DNA of 64,000 nucleotides from Omnitrophica WOR_2 bacterium RIFOXYA2_FULL_38_17 (lineage in GTDB: Bacteria; Omnitrophota; Gorgyraeia; Zapsychrales; Zapsychraceae). This document shows, piece by piece, positions 48,922 through 59,855 of the stretch. How positions within the stretch are numbered: the stretch's first letter is position 1; every line of letters begins with the position of its first letter. The position numbers were made by a program, and so were the translations under genes. Below the pieces are notes generated by a model that was not told the origin of the DNA, ran no database searches, and saw nothing but the letters and a program-made list of their open reading frames with translations. The DNA lies in contig MHHG01000024.1 of NCBI GenBank assembly GCA_001805965.1, positions 1,384 to 65,383 on the forward strand, read 5' to 3'.

Positions 48922-51900
48922 TTAACGTTCAATAGCTTTCTTATCCCCCAAGACCGGGTCAAGCCATTTTTCTGCTTCTTGAACAGGGATGTTCTTTCTT
49001 TTTGCGTAATCGATCACTTGTTCTTTGTCAATCTTTCCAACTGAAAAATAAGCAGCTTCGGGATTTGCCATATAGAAACCTGCAATTGATGCAGTCGGAT
49101 ACATCATATAGTTTTCTGATAATTTAACACCGATAGATTCTTCAGCTTTTAACACCTCGAAGATATCAGCGATCTGGCTGTTATCAGGACAGGCAAGATA
49201 TCCTGGGGCCGGCCGTATTCCCTGGTATTTTGTTAAAAAGATATCCTTGTTCTCTAAGGATTCACTTGGAGAGTATCCCCATAGTGCTTTGCGGACCTTT
49301 TTATGCATTAGTTCAGTAAACGCTTCTGCCAATCTATCAGCTAAGGCCTTTATCATAATATCCTCAAAGTCATTATTGTCTTTTTTCAGGGAAATAGAGA
49401 GGTCTTCAATACCAAGTCCGGCAGTTATGCTAAATAAACCCAAATAATCTTTAATGCCGGATTCTTTCGGCGCGATAAAATCTGACAAGCAAACATATGG
49501 AGCCCCGTCTTTATGTAGCTCCTGTTGCCTGAGCATGCTAAAAGATTTCACAATTTTGTCCCTGTTTTCATCTTCGTATATTTCAATATCATTTTCGTTA
49601 CTGTTGGCGGGGAAGAATCCTATGACCGCATCAGCTCTAAGGAGCTTCTTGCTTATTATCTTATCTAGAATGACCTTTGCTTCAGCGAATAATTTTTTAG
49701 CCTCGTCTCCAAGCTTTGGGTCAGACAGGATCTCAGGATATTTTTTTTTCATTTCCCAGGCAATAAAGAAGAACGTCCAGTCAATATATTCTCTTATCTC
49801 TGATAGGTTGTAGCTATGGAATACTTTTGTTCCTATAAAAGAAGGGGTTACTATTTTTGAATTGTTCCAGCTGCACCTATATTTATTTTTCAGCGTTTCT
49901 TCATAGCTTGCAAGCTCTCTGTTAATGTTGGTCCTGTTATGAAGATCACGCAGGTGTTCGTATTCTATAGTTGTCTTTTTTATTAGTTCTGACCTAAGGT
50001 TATCGTTGAATAAACTTCTGACCGTAGTGACGCTGCTAGAGGCATCTTTTGAATATAATGTAATGCCGCTGTAATGAGGGGCTATCTTGATAGCTGTATG
50101 TTTAGGCGAAGTTGTTGCGCCCCCGATTAATAACGGGATAGTGAATCCTTGCCGCTCCATTTCCTTTGCAACATTCTCCATTTCTTCAAGAGAAGGAGTG
50201 ATTAAACCGCTTAAGCATATCGCATCAACTTTTTCTTTTTTTGCAGTCTTTAATATTTTTTCGCACGGGACCATAACGCCAAGGTCGATAATTTCAAAAT
50301 TATTGCAAGCTAAAACAACGCTAACTATATTCTTGCCGATGTCATGTACGTCGCCTTTTACAGTTGCAAGCAGAATTTTGCCAGGGGCTTTTTTGACGGA
50401 GGAGCTGCTGGCGCTGATATAGGGGTTTAATATCTCAACAGCTTTCTTCATTACGCGGGCACTTTTCACTACTTGAGGCAGGAACATCTTTCCCTCTGAA
50501 AAAAGGTCCCCGATCTTTCCCATTCCAGCCATTAGAGGGCCTTCTATGATCTCAACAGGTTCTTTATATTTTTTCAGTGCTTCTTCAATATCAGTTTGAA
50601 TATAGTCAGTAATGCCTTTTACGAGAGAATGAGAAAGCCTTTCTTCAACAGAAGCTTCTCTCCAGGCTAAAGCTTCAGTTTGTTCCTGCCTGCCGAAAGG
50701 AAGGTTTTGCCCTTTCTTCTGCACGGTTTCTGCAAAAGATATTAATTTTTCAGTTGCATCAGGATGGCTGTTTAATATGACATCTTCAACTACCTTGAGA
50801 AGCTCGGGCTCTATCTCATCGTAGACAGAGATCATTCCGGCATTAACGATAGCCATGTCCATTCCGGCCTTTATCGCATGATACAGAAATACTGAATGCA
50901 TTGCTTCGCGGACAGCATTGTTCCCTCTAAAAGAAAAAGATACATTGCTTAGCCCGCCGCTTATTAAACAGTGGGGCAGGGTATCTTTTATTGTTTTAGT
51001 GGCTTTAATGAAATCTGCAGCATAATTATTGTGTTCTGCAATACCGGTTGCGACAGCAAAAATATTCGGGTCAAAAATAATATCTTGAGGAGGAAATCCA
51101 ATTTTTTCAGTCAAGATTTTATAAGCACGCGTGCAGATCTCAACTTTTCTCTCATAGCTATCAGCTTGGCCTTTTTCATCAAATGCCATAACTACAGCAG
51201 CAGCTCCAAGGTCCTTTATCTGCTTGGCATGTTCTTTAAATTTTGTTCCGCCTTCTTTAAGGCTGATAGAGTTAACAATAGATTTACCCTGGATACACTT
51301 AAGCCCTTCAACAATAACTTCCCATTTTGAAGAATCTATCATTATAGGCACTCTGCATATGTCAGGCTCGGAAGCTATTAAGTTCAGGAATTTTACCATG
51401 GCAGCTTTTGAGTCAAGCATTGCCTCATCCATATTGATATCAATGATCTGTGCTCCGGCCTCGACTTGTTGACGTGCAATAGAAAGAGCACCTTCGTAAT
51501 CTTCTTTTATGATCAGTTTTGCGAAGATCTTTGAGCCTGCAACATTAGTTCTTTCTCCAACGTTGATAAAGTTTGTCTCCGGGCGGATGACAAGAGCCTC
51601 CAATCCGCTAAAAGAGGACAGAAGCGGCTTGCTTTCAAGTTTTCTTGGAGGATATTTGCTAACGATAGCAGCAATTTTCTTTATGTGTTCAGGCGTGGTG
51701 CCGCAGCAGCCTCCCACAATGTTAAGGTAGCCGTTGCTTGCAAATTCCCCTAATAAATCAGCCATTTCACTTGCTGTTTGATCGTACTGGCCAAGTTCAT
51801 TAGGAAGCCCGGCATTTGGATAGCAGCTGATAAAACAAGAGGCCTTAGATGATAGCTCGGCAATGTAGGGTCGCATGTCCTCTGTTCCCAAGGCACAGTT

Positions 51901-52641
51901 CAGGCCGATGCTTAGAGGTTTTGCATGTGCAACCGAGATCAGAAAAGCTTCGGATGTTTGTCCTGATAATGTTCTTCCGCTGGCATCCGTTATTGTTCCC
52001 GATATCATTATTGGAAGGGTTTTGCCGATCTTTTCAAAATAGGAATTAACGGCAAAGATAGCAGCCTTACAATTGAGAGTATCAAAAACTGTTTCGATCA
52101 GGACAATATCAATGCCGCCATTGATCAGGCCTTTTAACTGCTCGGTGTATGCTTCGACAAGTTCATCAAATTTAACGGCCCTATACCCTGGATCATTTAC
52201 ATCAGGGGAAATAGAGGCTGTTTTATTCAAAGGGCCTAAAGACCCTGCTACAAATCGTGGTTTATTAGGAGTTTTTTTTGAGAATTTATCTGCCGCTCTT
52301 TTTGCGATCTTGGCTGAAGCGAGGTTTAGCTCGTATACTTTGTTCTCAAGTTTATAATCTGCCAGGCAGATTGAATTAGATCCAAATGTATTAGTTTCAA
52401 TGATATCTGCATTTGCCGCTAAGTATGCTTCATGGATTTCTTCAATAATATCAGGGCGCGTAATAGAAAGCAGGTCATTATTGCCTTTTAGGCTGCTTTC
52501 ATGATCAGCAAAAACGCTTCCTCTATAATCCTCTTCCTGAAGATTGTAACGCTGTATCATTGTGCCCATTGCGCCATCAAGAACAAGTATGCGTTTTTGC
52601 AGTAATTTGTATATTGGGTGATCTTTTAAGGCGGATTCCAT
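48922..52641 (-). CDS. metH: Cobalamin-dependent methionine synthase (full length, 4 modules)
   Basis: 1239 aa with Hcy-binding, pterin-binding, B12-binding (…[11 protein letters not shown]…) and AdoMet-activation domains. Confidence 0.9.
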   Translation of the reverse strand: MESALKDHPIYKLLQKRILVLDGAMGTMIQRYNLQEEDYRGSVFADHESSLKGNNDLLSITRPDIIEEIHEAYLAANADIIETNTFGSNSICLADYKLENKVYELNLASAKIAKRAADKFSKKTPNKPRFVAGSLGPLNKTASISPDVNDPGYRAVKFDELVEAYTEQLKGLINGGIDIVLIETVFDTLNCKAAIFAVNSYFEKIGKTLPIMISGTITDASGRTLSGQTSEAFLISVAHAKPLSIGLNCALGTEDMRPYIAELSSKASCFISCYPNAGLPNELGQYDQTASEMADLLGEFASNGYLNIVGGCCGTTPEHIKKIAAIVSKYPPRKLESKPLLSSFSGLEALVIRPETNFINVGERTNVAGSKIFAKLIIKEDYEGALSIARQQVEAGAQIIDINMDEAMLDSKAAMVKFLNLIASEPDICRVPIMIDSSKWEVIVEGLKCIQGKSIVNSISLKEGGTKFKEHAKQIKDLGAAAVVMAFDEKGQADSYERKVEICTRAYKILTEKIGFPPQDIIFDPNIFAVATGIAEHNNYAADFIKATKTIKDTLPHCLISGGLSNVSFSFRGNNAVREAMHSVFLYHAIKAGMDMAIVNAGMISVYDEIEPELLKVVEDVILNSHPDATEKLISFAETVQKKGQNLPFGRQEQTEALAWREASVEERLSHSLVKGITDYIQTDIEEALKKYKEPVEIIEGPLMAGMGKIGDLFSEGKMFLPQVVKSARVMKKAVEILNPYISASSSSVKKAPGKILLATVKGDVHDIGKNIVSVVLACNNFEIIDLGVMVPCEKILKTAKKEKVDAICLSGLITPSLEEMENVAKEMERQGFTIPLLIGGATTSPKHTAIKIAPHYSGITLYSKDASSSVTTVRSLFNDNLRSELIKKTTIEYEHLRDLHNRTNINRELASYEETLKNKYRCSWNNSKIVTPSFIGTKVFHSYNLSEIREYIDWTFFFIAWEMKKKYPEILSDPKLGDEAKKLFAEAKVILDKIISKKLLRADAVIGFFPANSNENDIEIYEDENRDKIVKSFSMLRQQELHKDGAPYVCLSDFIAPKESGIKDYLGLFSITAGLGIEDLSISLKKDNNDFEDIMIKALADRLAEAFTELMHKKVRKALWGYSPSESLENKDIFLTKYQGIRPAPGYLACPDNSQIADIFEVLKAEESIGVKLSENYMMYPTASIAGFYMANPEAAYFSVGKIDKEQVIDYAKRKNIPVQEAEKWLDPVLGDKKAIER

Positions 52642-52785
52642 AGCAATAAAATAGTTGAAATATACCCAATTGTCAATTAATTAGCGAAAAGAGATTGAAC
52701 TTTACCATATCTTGTTTTAAAGTAGTTGATACTAAATGCAAATATTTATATGAATATTAATCTCCATATTTATAGGAAGTAATCA

Positions 52786-53550
52786 ATGAACTTACTGCAT
52801 GCTTTTGTTTTTGGCATTGTTGAAGGCCTTACAGAATTTTTGCCAATATCTTCAACAGGACATTTGATCTTATCTGAGAAATTAATGGGCTTGGCTCATG
52901 GTGATTTTCTTGGGAGCTTTGAGATAGCGATACAATTGGGGGCCATTTTAGCGGTAGTGTGTCTTTATTGGAAAATGCTGATCCTTGATATTGAAATTAT
53001 CAAAAGGATCGCTGTTGCGTTTATTCCCACCGCGGTCTTAGGATTAGTTTTTTACAAGATAATAAAAAAGGTGCTATTGGGAAGCGAGAATGTTGTTCTG
53101 TGGTCGCTATTAGTAGGAGGCATTATAATTATTGTCTTCGAATTGCTTCATAAAGAAAAAGACAGTGATGTTGAGGACCTTAAACAGCTGAGTTATAAAA
53201 AGGCCTTTATGATAGGGGTTTTTCAATCTTTTGCAATGGTGCCGGGTGTTTCAAGATCAGCAGCTACGATCATTGGAGGCTTGTCTTTAGGCTTAAAGAG
53301 AAAAACTATTGTTGAGTTCTCCTTTTTACTCGCGGTTCCAACAATGGCGGCAGCAACGGCTTTAGACCTTATTAAGACCGCGTCTTCATTTACGTTCTCA
53401 CAATTTGGACTATTGTCTGTCGGGTTTACAGTATCGTTTTTTGTTGCAATAGGGTCGATCAAGTTTTTATTACATTTTGTTAAAAACCACAATTTTATAA
53501 TTTTTGGTATTTATCGCATTTTAATTGCAGGGCTATTTATAATCTTTTAG
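52786..53550 (+). CDS. uppP: Undecaprenyl-diphosphatase
   Basis: 254 aa with an N-terminus matching BacA/UppP (...EGLTEFLPISSTGHL...). Confidence 0.85.
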   Translation: MNLLHAFVFGIVEGLTEFLPISSTGHLILSEKLMGLAHGDFLGSFEIAIQLGAILAVVCLYWKMLILDIEIIKRIAVAFIPTAVLGLVFYKIIKKVLLGSENVVLWSLLVGGIIIIVFELLHKEKDSDVEDLKQLSYKKAFMIGVFQSFAMVPGVSRSAATIIGGLSLGLKRKTIVEFSFLLAVPTMAAATALDLIKTASSFTFSQFGLLSVGFTVSFFVAIGSIKFLLHFVKNHNFIIFGIYRILIAGLFIIF

Positions 53551-53566
53551 GATAATTTAGTAAATT

Positions 53567-54049
53567 ATGCCAGCTTTTAAACCAAATGAAAAATATATGA
53601 AAATGGCAATTGAAAAGGCCAGAGAAGGCGTTAAAAAATGGCAAACCCCTTTTGGCGCATGTATAGTCAAAGATAATAAAATATTAAGCTGTGTTCATAA
53701 TACTGTATGGAAGACAACTGATATTACTTCGCATGCAGAAGTTCATGCGATCAGAAAGGCCTGCAAAGAGATAAGCTCCATTGATCTAAGCGGCAGCGTT
53801 ATTTATTCCACTTGCGAGCCTTGCCCAATGTGTTTTTCTGCAATTCACTGGGCGAACATTGCAACTATTGTTTATGGTGCTAAAATAAAAGACGCGAGAT
53901 CAGCAGGATTTCATGAATTAACAATTTCAAACAGAAGAATGAAAACCATAGGAGGAAGCCCCGTAGCAATTATTGAAGGCTTTTTAAGAAAAGAAAATTT
54001 AGAGTTGTTTAAAGAATGGATTAACCGCTCTGATAGAAAAACTTATTAA
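53567..54049 (+). CDS. CMP/dCMP-type zinc deaminase family protein (nucleoside/tRNA deaminase-like)
   Basis: 160 aa with HAEVHAI and CEPCPMC zinc-binding motifs. Confidence 0.7.
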   Translation: MPAFKPNEKYMKMAIEKAREGVKKWQTPFGACIVKDNKILSCVHNTVWKTTDITSHAEVHAIRKACKEISSIDLSGSVIYSTCEPCPMCFSAIHWANIATIVYGAKIKDARSAGFHELTISNRRMKTIGGSPVAIIEGFLRKENLELFKEWINRSDRKTY

Positions 54050-54067
54050 TTATTGCAGGAGATCGTT

Positions 54068-54535
54068 ATGAGAAAAATATGGATATTGTTTTTAGGTATT
54101 ATAGCTTCCGGATGTGTTTCAATGGCGGTTGAGCCTCAGGATGAAGTTCTGACAGGCACAGTTGTAGAGGTTGTTGTGAATGAGCAAAAACCACAAGAAC
54201 CAGAAATTAATGAAGCAACAAGTATTGAAAAAGTGTATTTGGGAATGTCTGAAAAAGATGTGTCTAGGATAATGGGCGATGAGATGGTTGTGGGGTATCA
54301 AAAGAACAGCAGGACCGGGGTCTTAGAAACGATCAATATGGGCACTGTTTACAAGACAGAGACGTTAAAGGCAGGAGAAAAAGCTTATTTTATAAAGTAT
54401 TATTTTACGTCGAGCAATAAAGCGGACGGGATCATTTCCGAGGATGAGCTTACGCCTTTAGTTTTTGAAGACAGCAGATTGGTCGGGACCAGTTGGGATT
54501 TTCTTTTCCGGTTAAAAAACGAATTGAACTTTTAG
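54068..54535 (+). CDS. Hypothetical lipoprotein
   Basis: The track ORF begins at TTG 54053. The ATG at 54068 follows an AGGAG RBS. It has a signal peptide + Cys lipobox (IASGCVS). Confidence 0.5.
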   Translation: MRKIWILFLGIIASGCVSMAVEPQDEVLTGTVVEVVVNEQKPQEPEINEATSIEKVYLGMSEKDVSRIMGDEMVVGYQKNSRTGVLETINMGTVYKTETLKAGEKAYFIKYYFTSSNKADGIISEDELTPLVFEDSRLVGTSWDFLFRLKNELNF

Positions 54536-54550
54536 AGAATCTTATTTGTT

Positions 54551-55480
54551 GTGAAATCAATAGACGACTTATTCAAACCACTAGTGGCTTACCATAATGT
54601 TGGCCATCCGGCAGATTGGGATATGCAGTTTGACCGCAAGGCTCCTCTTGATGTAGAGATAGGATTCGGTATGGGGGAATTCCTCGTTCGAAGCGCTAAA
54701 AATTCTCCCGAGCGGAATATTATTGGCTTTGAACAGATATGGGAAAGAGTTGTTAAAACACTGAAGAGGATCCGCAGAGAAGCCGGCCTTCTTGAGAACA
54801 TCCGCATATTAAGGATGGATGTTCGAGTTTCGCTTGAAAGATTGTTTGGCCAGAGAAGCATAGATAATGTTTACTGTTTGTTCCCATGTCCTTGGCCAAA
54901 AAAAGGGCACATAAAACACAGGTTGTTCTCAACGGAATTTTTGAAATTGGTCAATAGCAGGCTCAAAGCAAAAGGCAACTTAAAGATCGTTACAGATTTT
55001 TATCCATACTATGAATGGGTGCTTGAGCAGTCAAAAGAGACAGGTTTTAAGGTAACAGAAAATACAGTTCAGCCTCAGTATGATACTAAGTTCGAGCGCA
55101 AGTGGATGGAAGCTGGACAAGAAGAATTCTACGAAATAAATATGCATAAGGTCAGGCATGTTGATGTGCCTGTAAGGAAGGATGTAAAATTGAGATCCTA
55201 TAAAGTAAAAAAATTTGATCCAGCAAATTTTCACTTTGAAGATCAAATCGGTAAGTGTTCGGTTGTGTTTAAAGATATTATTTTTGATGAAAAAAAACAG
55301 AAGGGTATAATTTCTCTTATTGTTTCAGAACTTGAAATGGTGCAGCATTTTTGGGTGTCTGTAATCAAGAGAGATGATGGCTGGCGTATTTGCAAAACAG
55401 AGGGCCAGAATATTTTTCCCACAGAGGGAATAGCAACGGCATTGGAATTAGTTTATCAGGCAGCAAAGAGCTCAACATAG
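54551..55480 (+). CDS. trmB: tRNA (guanine46-N7)-methyltransferase with C-terminal extension
   Basis: The core is ...IGFGMGEFL... plus ...CLFPCPWPKKGHIKHRLF..., matching the TrmB FPDPWPKKRH motif. The GTG start at 54551 is uncertain. Confidence 0.7.
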   Translation: MKSIDDLFKPLVAYHNVGHPADWDMQFDRKAPLDVEIGFGMGEFLVRSAKNSPERNIIGFEQIWERVVKTLKRIRREAGLLENIRILRMDVRVSLERLFGQRSIDNVYCLFPCPWPKKGHIKHRLFSTEFLKLVNSRLKAKGNLKIVTDFYPYYEWVLEQSKETGFKVTENTVQPQYDTKFERKWMEAGQEEFYEINMHKVRHVDVPVRKDVKLRSYKVKKFDPANFHFEDQIGKCSVVFKDIIFDEKKQKGIISLIVSELEMVQHFWVSVIKRDDGWRICKTEGQNIFPTEGIATALELVYQAAKSST

Positions 55481-55492
55481 AAAGATCAAGAA

Positions 55493-56338
55493 TTGAAATC
55501 ATTACAAAAGAATAGATCTAGAACGATCAATACAGCTTTTTTATTTCTGATCGTTTTTACTTTTTTATTTTCATCATCAGTAGATGCTGCCAAGCGAAAA
55601 AATAAACACCAGGTAACATGTAAGTCGGTTATTTTTTCTGACAGCACAAAGATGAAGCGGTTATACGGAAAAGGGGTTCATACCCGCATCTTGCCTGCGA
55701 GCACTGCAAAAGTAATGACCGCCCTTCTTGTAATTGAAAAACTTCCTTTAGGCCAATATGTTACCGTTAGCAAAGCCGCAACATTGGTCCAGCCAACAGT
55801 GATAAATCTTAAGCCCGGAGAGAGATATAAGGTAAAGGACCTTCTTTACGCAATACTTATAAAATCAGCAAATGATGCAAGCGTGGTCTTGGCAGAGGCT
55901 GTTTCAGGTTCAGAAGCTAACTTTGTCCAATTGATGAACCAGCGGGCAAAACAACTAGGGGCAAAACATACGAAATTCGCAAATTCAAACGGCCTTCCTT
56001 CAAGGGCGAAACAGTATTCAACGGCATATGATATGTATATGATCTTCAGAAGGGCGTTAAGACATAGTTTTTTCCGGCAAGCAATCACATTTAAAAACAA
56101 AACGATCCAATCAAAGGACGGCAGGCAGGTGCTATTGACGAGCCATAATAAAATACTTTTTAAAGATTGGAAGAAAAAGATTTATGGTAAGACCGGATAT
56201 ACAAGAGCCGCTCAAGCATGTTTTATAGGAACTATAAAGAAGGGCGATAGCGATTTGATCATCGGGGTTTTTGGATGTCCAAAAAGGTGGGAAGATATTA
56301 AGCATGTAGTATCAACATATGGCAAAATACCGCTGTAG
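55493..56338 (+). CDS. D-alanyl-D-alanine carboxypeptidase (PBP5/6-like, S11)
   Basis: 281 aa with a signal peptide, SxxK (PASTAK) and SxN (SANDAS) motifs. Confidence 0.75.
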   Translation: MKSLQKNRSRTINTAFLFLIVFTFLFSSSVDAAKRKNKHQVTCKSVIFSDSTKMKRLYGKGVHTRILPASTAKVMTALLVIEKLPLGQYVTVSKAATLVQPTVINLKPGERYKVKDLLYAILIKSANDASVVLAEAVSGSEANFVQLMNQRAKQLGAKHTKFANSNGLPSRAKQYSTAYDMYMIFRRALRHSFFRQAITFKNKTIQSKDGRQVLLTSHNKILFKDWKKKIYGKTGYTRAAQACFIGTIKKGDSDLIIGVFGCPKRWEDIKHVVSTYGKIPL

Positions 56339-56439
56339 GGATATTGATCGATATTTTTGAAAATTTATAATAGTATTTTTTACTCATTTGTGGTATTCTT
56401 TGAATCAGTAAAAAAAACAAAAAAAGAAAGGATATAGGA

Positions 56440-57321
56440 ATGAAAGATAGAATAACTACCCTGGTTCTAATCATTATGGTCTGCGTTTTTATCGGGCTTA
56501 TCGCTTTAAAAAATAATGGCGGAGGTAAAACTGCCCTAAAAGCTATCTTTGATGAACAATCAAAAATAGTTCAGATGCAAACTAGAATAGAGGCTAAAAT
56601 GGATGCTATGGGAGGAGCTATGTCCAAGAGTAGCGGTATGGGCATGTCTGATATTTCCGGGCTGATCGCAACACAAGTTAGCCTTCAACAGAAAATAGCA
56701 CTTCTTGAGTCCAAAGTTAACGATATAGAAAAAGCTATTAAAGGTGCCGGAGCACAAGCGCAAGAAAGACAGGCTCCACCACCGGAAGACTATACAACTG
56801 TTTACGAAATTCCTGTTGCACATTCAACGGTTGTTGGTGACAAGAACGCTAAAATTACCATCACAGAATTTTTAGATTTTCAATGTCCTTTTTGTGCAAG
56901 GTTTCATACTCCTATAAATGAAGTTCTTGCTAAGTATCCAGGAAAAGTTAATTATATATTGAAGAACTTTCCTTTAGGATTCCACCAAAATGCAAGGACA
57001 GCAGTTAAAGCATCTTTTGCTGCTGGTGAGCAAGGCAAATACGCTGAAATGATAGAACTGCTTCTTGAAAATGGAAATAGCTTAGGAGAAGAAAAATACA
57101 AGGAATTGGCTTCCCAACTTGGCTTGGATGTTGATAAGTTCTTAAAGGATTATAAGGACAAAGATGCTCAATGGGAAGATTATATTAATAAAGATATTGA
57201 GCTTGGGGCAAAAGTCGGCGTAAGAGGTACCCCAACCTTCTATATTAATGGCAGAAAAACACCAGCTAGGGATCTGGCGGGTTATGAGGCTGAGATAAAT
57301 AAAATATTAAGCGGACAATAG
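56440..57321 (+). CDS. DsbA-family thiol:disulfide oxidoreductase with N-terminal TM anchor
   Basis: 293 aa with the CPFC active site in a thioredoxin fold. Confidence 0.75.
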   Translation: MKDRITTLVLIIMVCVFIGLIALKNNGGGKTALKAIFDEQSKIVQMQTRIEAKMDAMGGAMSKSSGMGMSDISGLIATQVSLQQKIALLESKVNDIEKAIKGAGAQAQERQAPPPEDYTTVYEIPVAHSTVVGDKNAKITITEFLDFQCPFCARFHTPINEVLAKYPGKVNYILKNFPLGFHQNARTAVKASFAAGEQGKYAEMIELLLENGNSLGEEKYKELASQLGLDVDKFLKDYKDKDAQWEDYINKDIELGAKVGVRGTPTFYINGRKTPARDLAGYEAEINKILSGQ

Positions 57322-57346
57322 CTTCTTAGTTATGTAGATTATTTTA

Positions 57347-57380
57347 AAGGCCATGTCTCATAAGGGACATGGCCTTTTTT
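57347..57380 (+). terminator. Intrinsic terminator
   Basis: AAGGCCATGTC-tcataag-GACATGGCCTT followed by TTTTTT. Confidence 0.65.
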
Positions 57381-57457
57381 GGGTTATTATATTAAAGATT
57401 ATAGATGGGCATAATATTATGCTTAAATATAGATAATATAGGCATAAAATAAAAAGT

Positions 57458-57486
57458 TTGCATATTTTGCTAAAACATTGTATATT
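57458..57486 (+). promoter_or_regulatory. Sigma-70-like promoter (TTGCAT-17-TATATT)
   Basis: TTGCAT 57458-57463, TATATT 57481-57486. Confidence 0.45.
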
Positions 57487-57587
57487 TCTTGTCTTGTAGG
57501 AAACTATATCGGGCCATGAAATTGGGTTTAATTAAATTTAATTGAAGAAACGGTGATGATTGTATTGCTGTTTTTATTTGGGAGGTA

Positions 57588-57851
57588 ATGATGACAAAAA
57601 AAGGTGGTTTAACAGCTAAGTTTTATAAGGAAACAAAAGGCCTGAAGACATCAGGTGGCCAGAGCGTACTGTCTGGGACTATATTGACAAGAGAAGGCCA
57701 TAAATGGCAGCAAGGCCTTAATGTTAATGGTAAGAAAATGCATTTAACTGCAGGATGTGATGGTGAGGTTTATTTTACAAGAAAGAAAAATCCCTCTCGA
57801 AAAGTAGTCACTTATGTAAATATCAAGCCTTCAGCAGAGGATGTTAAATAA
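57588..57851 (+). CDS. rpmA: Ribosomal protein L27-like (divergent, stand-alone)
   Basis: 87 aa. TKKGG...GGQSVLSGTILTREGHKWQQGLNV...HLTAGCDGEVYF follows the L27 pattern HKKGGGS...GG.V.AG.I..RQRGT...G.NVG.G.DHTLFA...G.V.F. It is preceded by the RBS GGGAGG. Confidence 0.5.
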   Translation: MMTKKGGLTAKFYKETKGLKTSGGQSVLSGTILTREGHKWQQGLNVNGKKMHLTAGCDGEVYFTRKKNPSRKVVTYVNIKPSAEDVK

Positions 57852-58008
57852 TTTTTTATTTAATAGAAAAAATACAGCTCTGAGGGGTTTTTGATTTTAC
57901 GGACAATATTTTAGAACAGCAAAGAGTTCCTGCATTGCTGTAAAAAATATGAGGCTCAGCTAAACTTTTTATCCAAACATTATTTGATTTTAAGAAAAGA
58001 TTTGAACT

Positions 58009-59841
58009 ATGTGCGGAATTATAGGATATATTGGGTCGAAACAAGCAATTCCAGTTTTGCTTGATGGTTTAAAAAAGCTTGAATATAGAGGGTATGATTC
58101 CAGCGGTGTCGGGATAGTTTGTTCCTCTACTCACAAGTTAGATCTTAGAAAGATGCATGGAAAGATACACAACCTTGAAAAGCTTATCAAGGACAAGCCT
58201 GTCGGACAAAGCTCCGTTGGCATTTCACACACCCGCTGGGCAACACATGGCGCCCCAAATAAAGTTAATGCCCATCCCCATTTTGATTGTTCAAAAAAGA
58301 TACTAGTAGTTCATAACGGCATTATTGAGAATTATGAAGACCTAAAGAGAACTCTTATCCAAAAAGGGCACAAATTTGTTTCTGAAACAGACACTGAAGT
58401 TATCTCTCACTTGATAGAACAGAATTATAATGGAGATATTTTTGAGGCAGTTAAAAAAGGCATAAGGCATTTAAGGGGGGCTTTTGCTTTAGGGGTTATT
58501 TGCAGTGATGATCCAGAAAAGCTCGTTGCTGCGCGTGTGGGGTCACCTCTTATTGTTGGCATAGGCAATGGTGAAAATTTTATTGCTTCGGATGTTCCTG
58601 CGATTATTGATAAAACAAAGAAGATCATTTATCTAAAAGATGGAGAGATCGCCACAATCACCAGACAAGAAGTCTTGGTTCATACTTTTGCCGGCAAGCA
58701 GGTAAAGCCGAAGGTTAATATTGTAAAGTTTGATGTTGATGCCGTTAAGAAACAGGGCTATGCGCATTTCATGCTTAAAGAGATACATGAGCAGCCGGAG
58801 GTCTTAGCTAAAATAATCAAGGAGAGAATTCATGGGAACAGGATCTCTCTCGATGGGCTCAAATTAACTGAGAAGCAGTTAAAGGCATTTAAGAACATAT
58901 ATATTGTTGCTTGTGGGACGGCTTATCATGCAGGGCTTGTCGGGAAATATGTGATTGAGAAACTGGCATCAATACCGGTCAGCGTGGATGCTGCTAGCGA
59001 ATTTCGTTATAGGGACCCAATAATTGATAATAAGACCTTGATAATTGCCATAAGCCAATCAGGTGAAACGGCAGATACCTTGGCTGCTGTCAGAGAGGCG
59101 AGGTCAAAAGGGGCAAAGATCATTTCGATCTGCAATGTGGTCGGCTCCTCGCTTTCAAGGGATTCGGACGGTATTTTGTATACGCATGCAGGCCCTGAGA
59201 TCGGGGTGGCTTCAACAAAAGCTTATATTGCTCAAATAGCGATGCTGTATCTTTTGGCCCTGAAATTAAGCAGCCATACGGATAAAATATCAGAAAGAGC
59301 TAGGCTTGAAATAATAAAAGAACTGAAAACGATACCTTCTTTATACAAAGACATCTTAAAGACAAAAGGTTTGATCTCAAAGATCGCAAAGAAGAACTCT
59401 CATTTTGGATGTTTCCTTTTTCTTGGAAGAAATATAAATTATCCTTCGGCGCTTGAAGGGGCTTTAAAGCTTAAAGAGATTTCATACATTCCTGCAGAAG
59501 GTTATGCTGCAGGAGAAATGAAGCATGGTCCCATTGCTTTGATAGATGAATATCGCGCTGTTGTTTGTATCGCGGTGCAATCACCAACATATGAAAAAAT
59601 GATATCTAATATCCAGGAAATACGAGCAAGAAAAGGGAAGATCATTGCAATAGCGACGCAAGGGGACCAAACCATTAAAAAACACTCAAATCATGTTGTT
59701 TATGTTCCAAGGACTTTGGACCTTTTAACGCCTCTGTTAGTTGCCTTACCATTACAGCTGTTCGCATATTATGTTTCTGTAGGATTAGGCTGCGATGTAG
59801 ATCAGCCACGAAACTTAGCTAAATCTGTAACGGTTGAATAA
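58009..59841 (+). CDS. glmS: Glutamine--fructose-6-phosphate aminotransferase
   Basis: 610 aa with an N-terminal MCGIIGY nucleophile, two SIS domains and a conserved C-terminal ...AKSVTVE. Confidence 0.9.
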   Translation: MCGIIGYIGSKQAIPVLLDGLKKLEYRGYDSSGVGIVCSSTHKLDLRKMHGKIHNLEKLIKDKPVGQSSVGISHTRWATHGAPNKVNAHPHFDCSKKILVVHNGIIENYEDLKRTLIQKGHKFVSETDTEVISHLIEQNYNGDIFEAVKKGIRHLRGAFALGVICSDDPEKLVAARVGSPLIVGIGNGENFIASDVPAIIDKTKKIIYLKDGEIATITRQEVLVHTFAGKQVKPKVNIVKFDVDAVKKQGYAHFMLKEIHEQPEVLAKIIKERIHGNRISLDGLKLTEKQLKAFKNIYIVACGTAYHAGLVGKYVIEKLASIPVSVDAASEFRYRDPIIDNKTLIIAISQSGETADTLAAVREARSKGAKIISICNVVGSSLSRDSDGILYTHAGPEIGVASTKAYIAQIAMLYLLALKLSSHTDKISERARLEIIKELKTIPSLYKDILKTKGLISKIAKKNSHFGCFLFLGRNINYPSALEGALKLKEISYIPAEGYAAGEMKHGPIALIDEYRAVVCIAVQSPTYEKMISNIQEIRARKGKIIAIATQGDQTIKKHSNHVVYVPRTLDLLTPLLVALPLQLFAYYVSVGLGCDVDQPRNLAKSVTVE

Positions 59842-59855
59842 TTATCAGCAATATT

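Noticed and set aside
52642-52785. Riboswitch (B12/SAM) in the divergent metH-uppP intergenic region
   Set aside because: It is a 144-bp AT-rich spacer with no conserved riboswitch core elements. It most likely just contains two divergent promoters.
57852-58008. Possible glmS ribozyme upstream of glmS
   Set aside because: The 157-nt leader is AT-rich and lacks the conserved glmS ribozyme core and pseudoknot segments. Only a generic weak hairpin is present.
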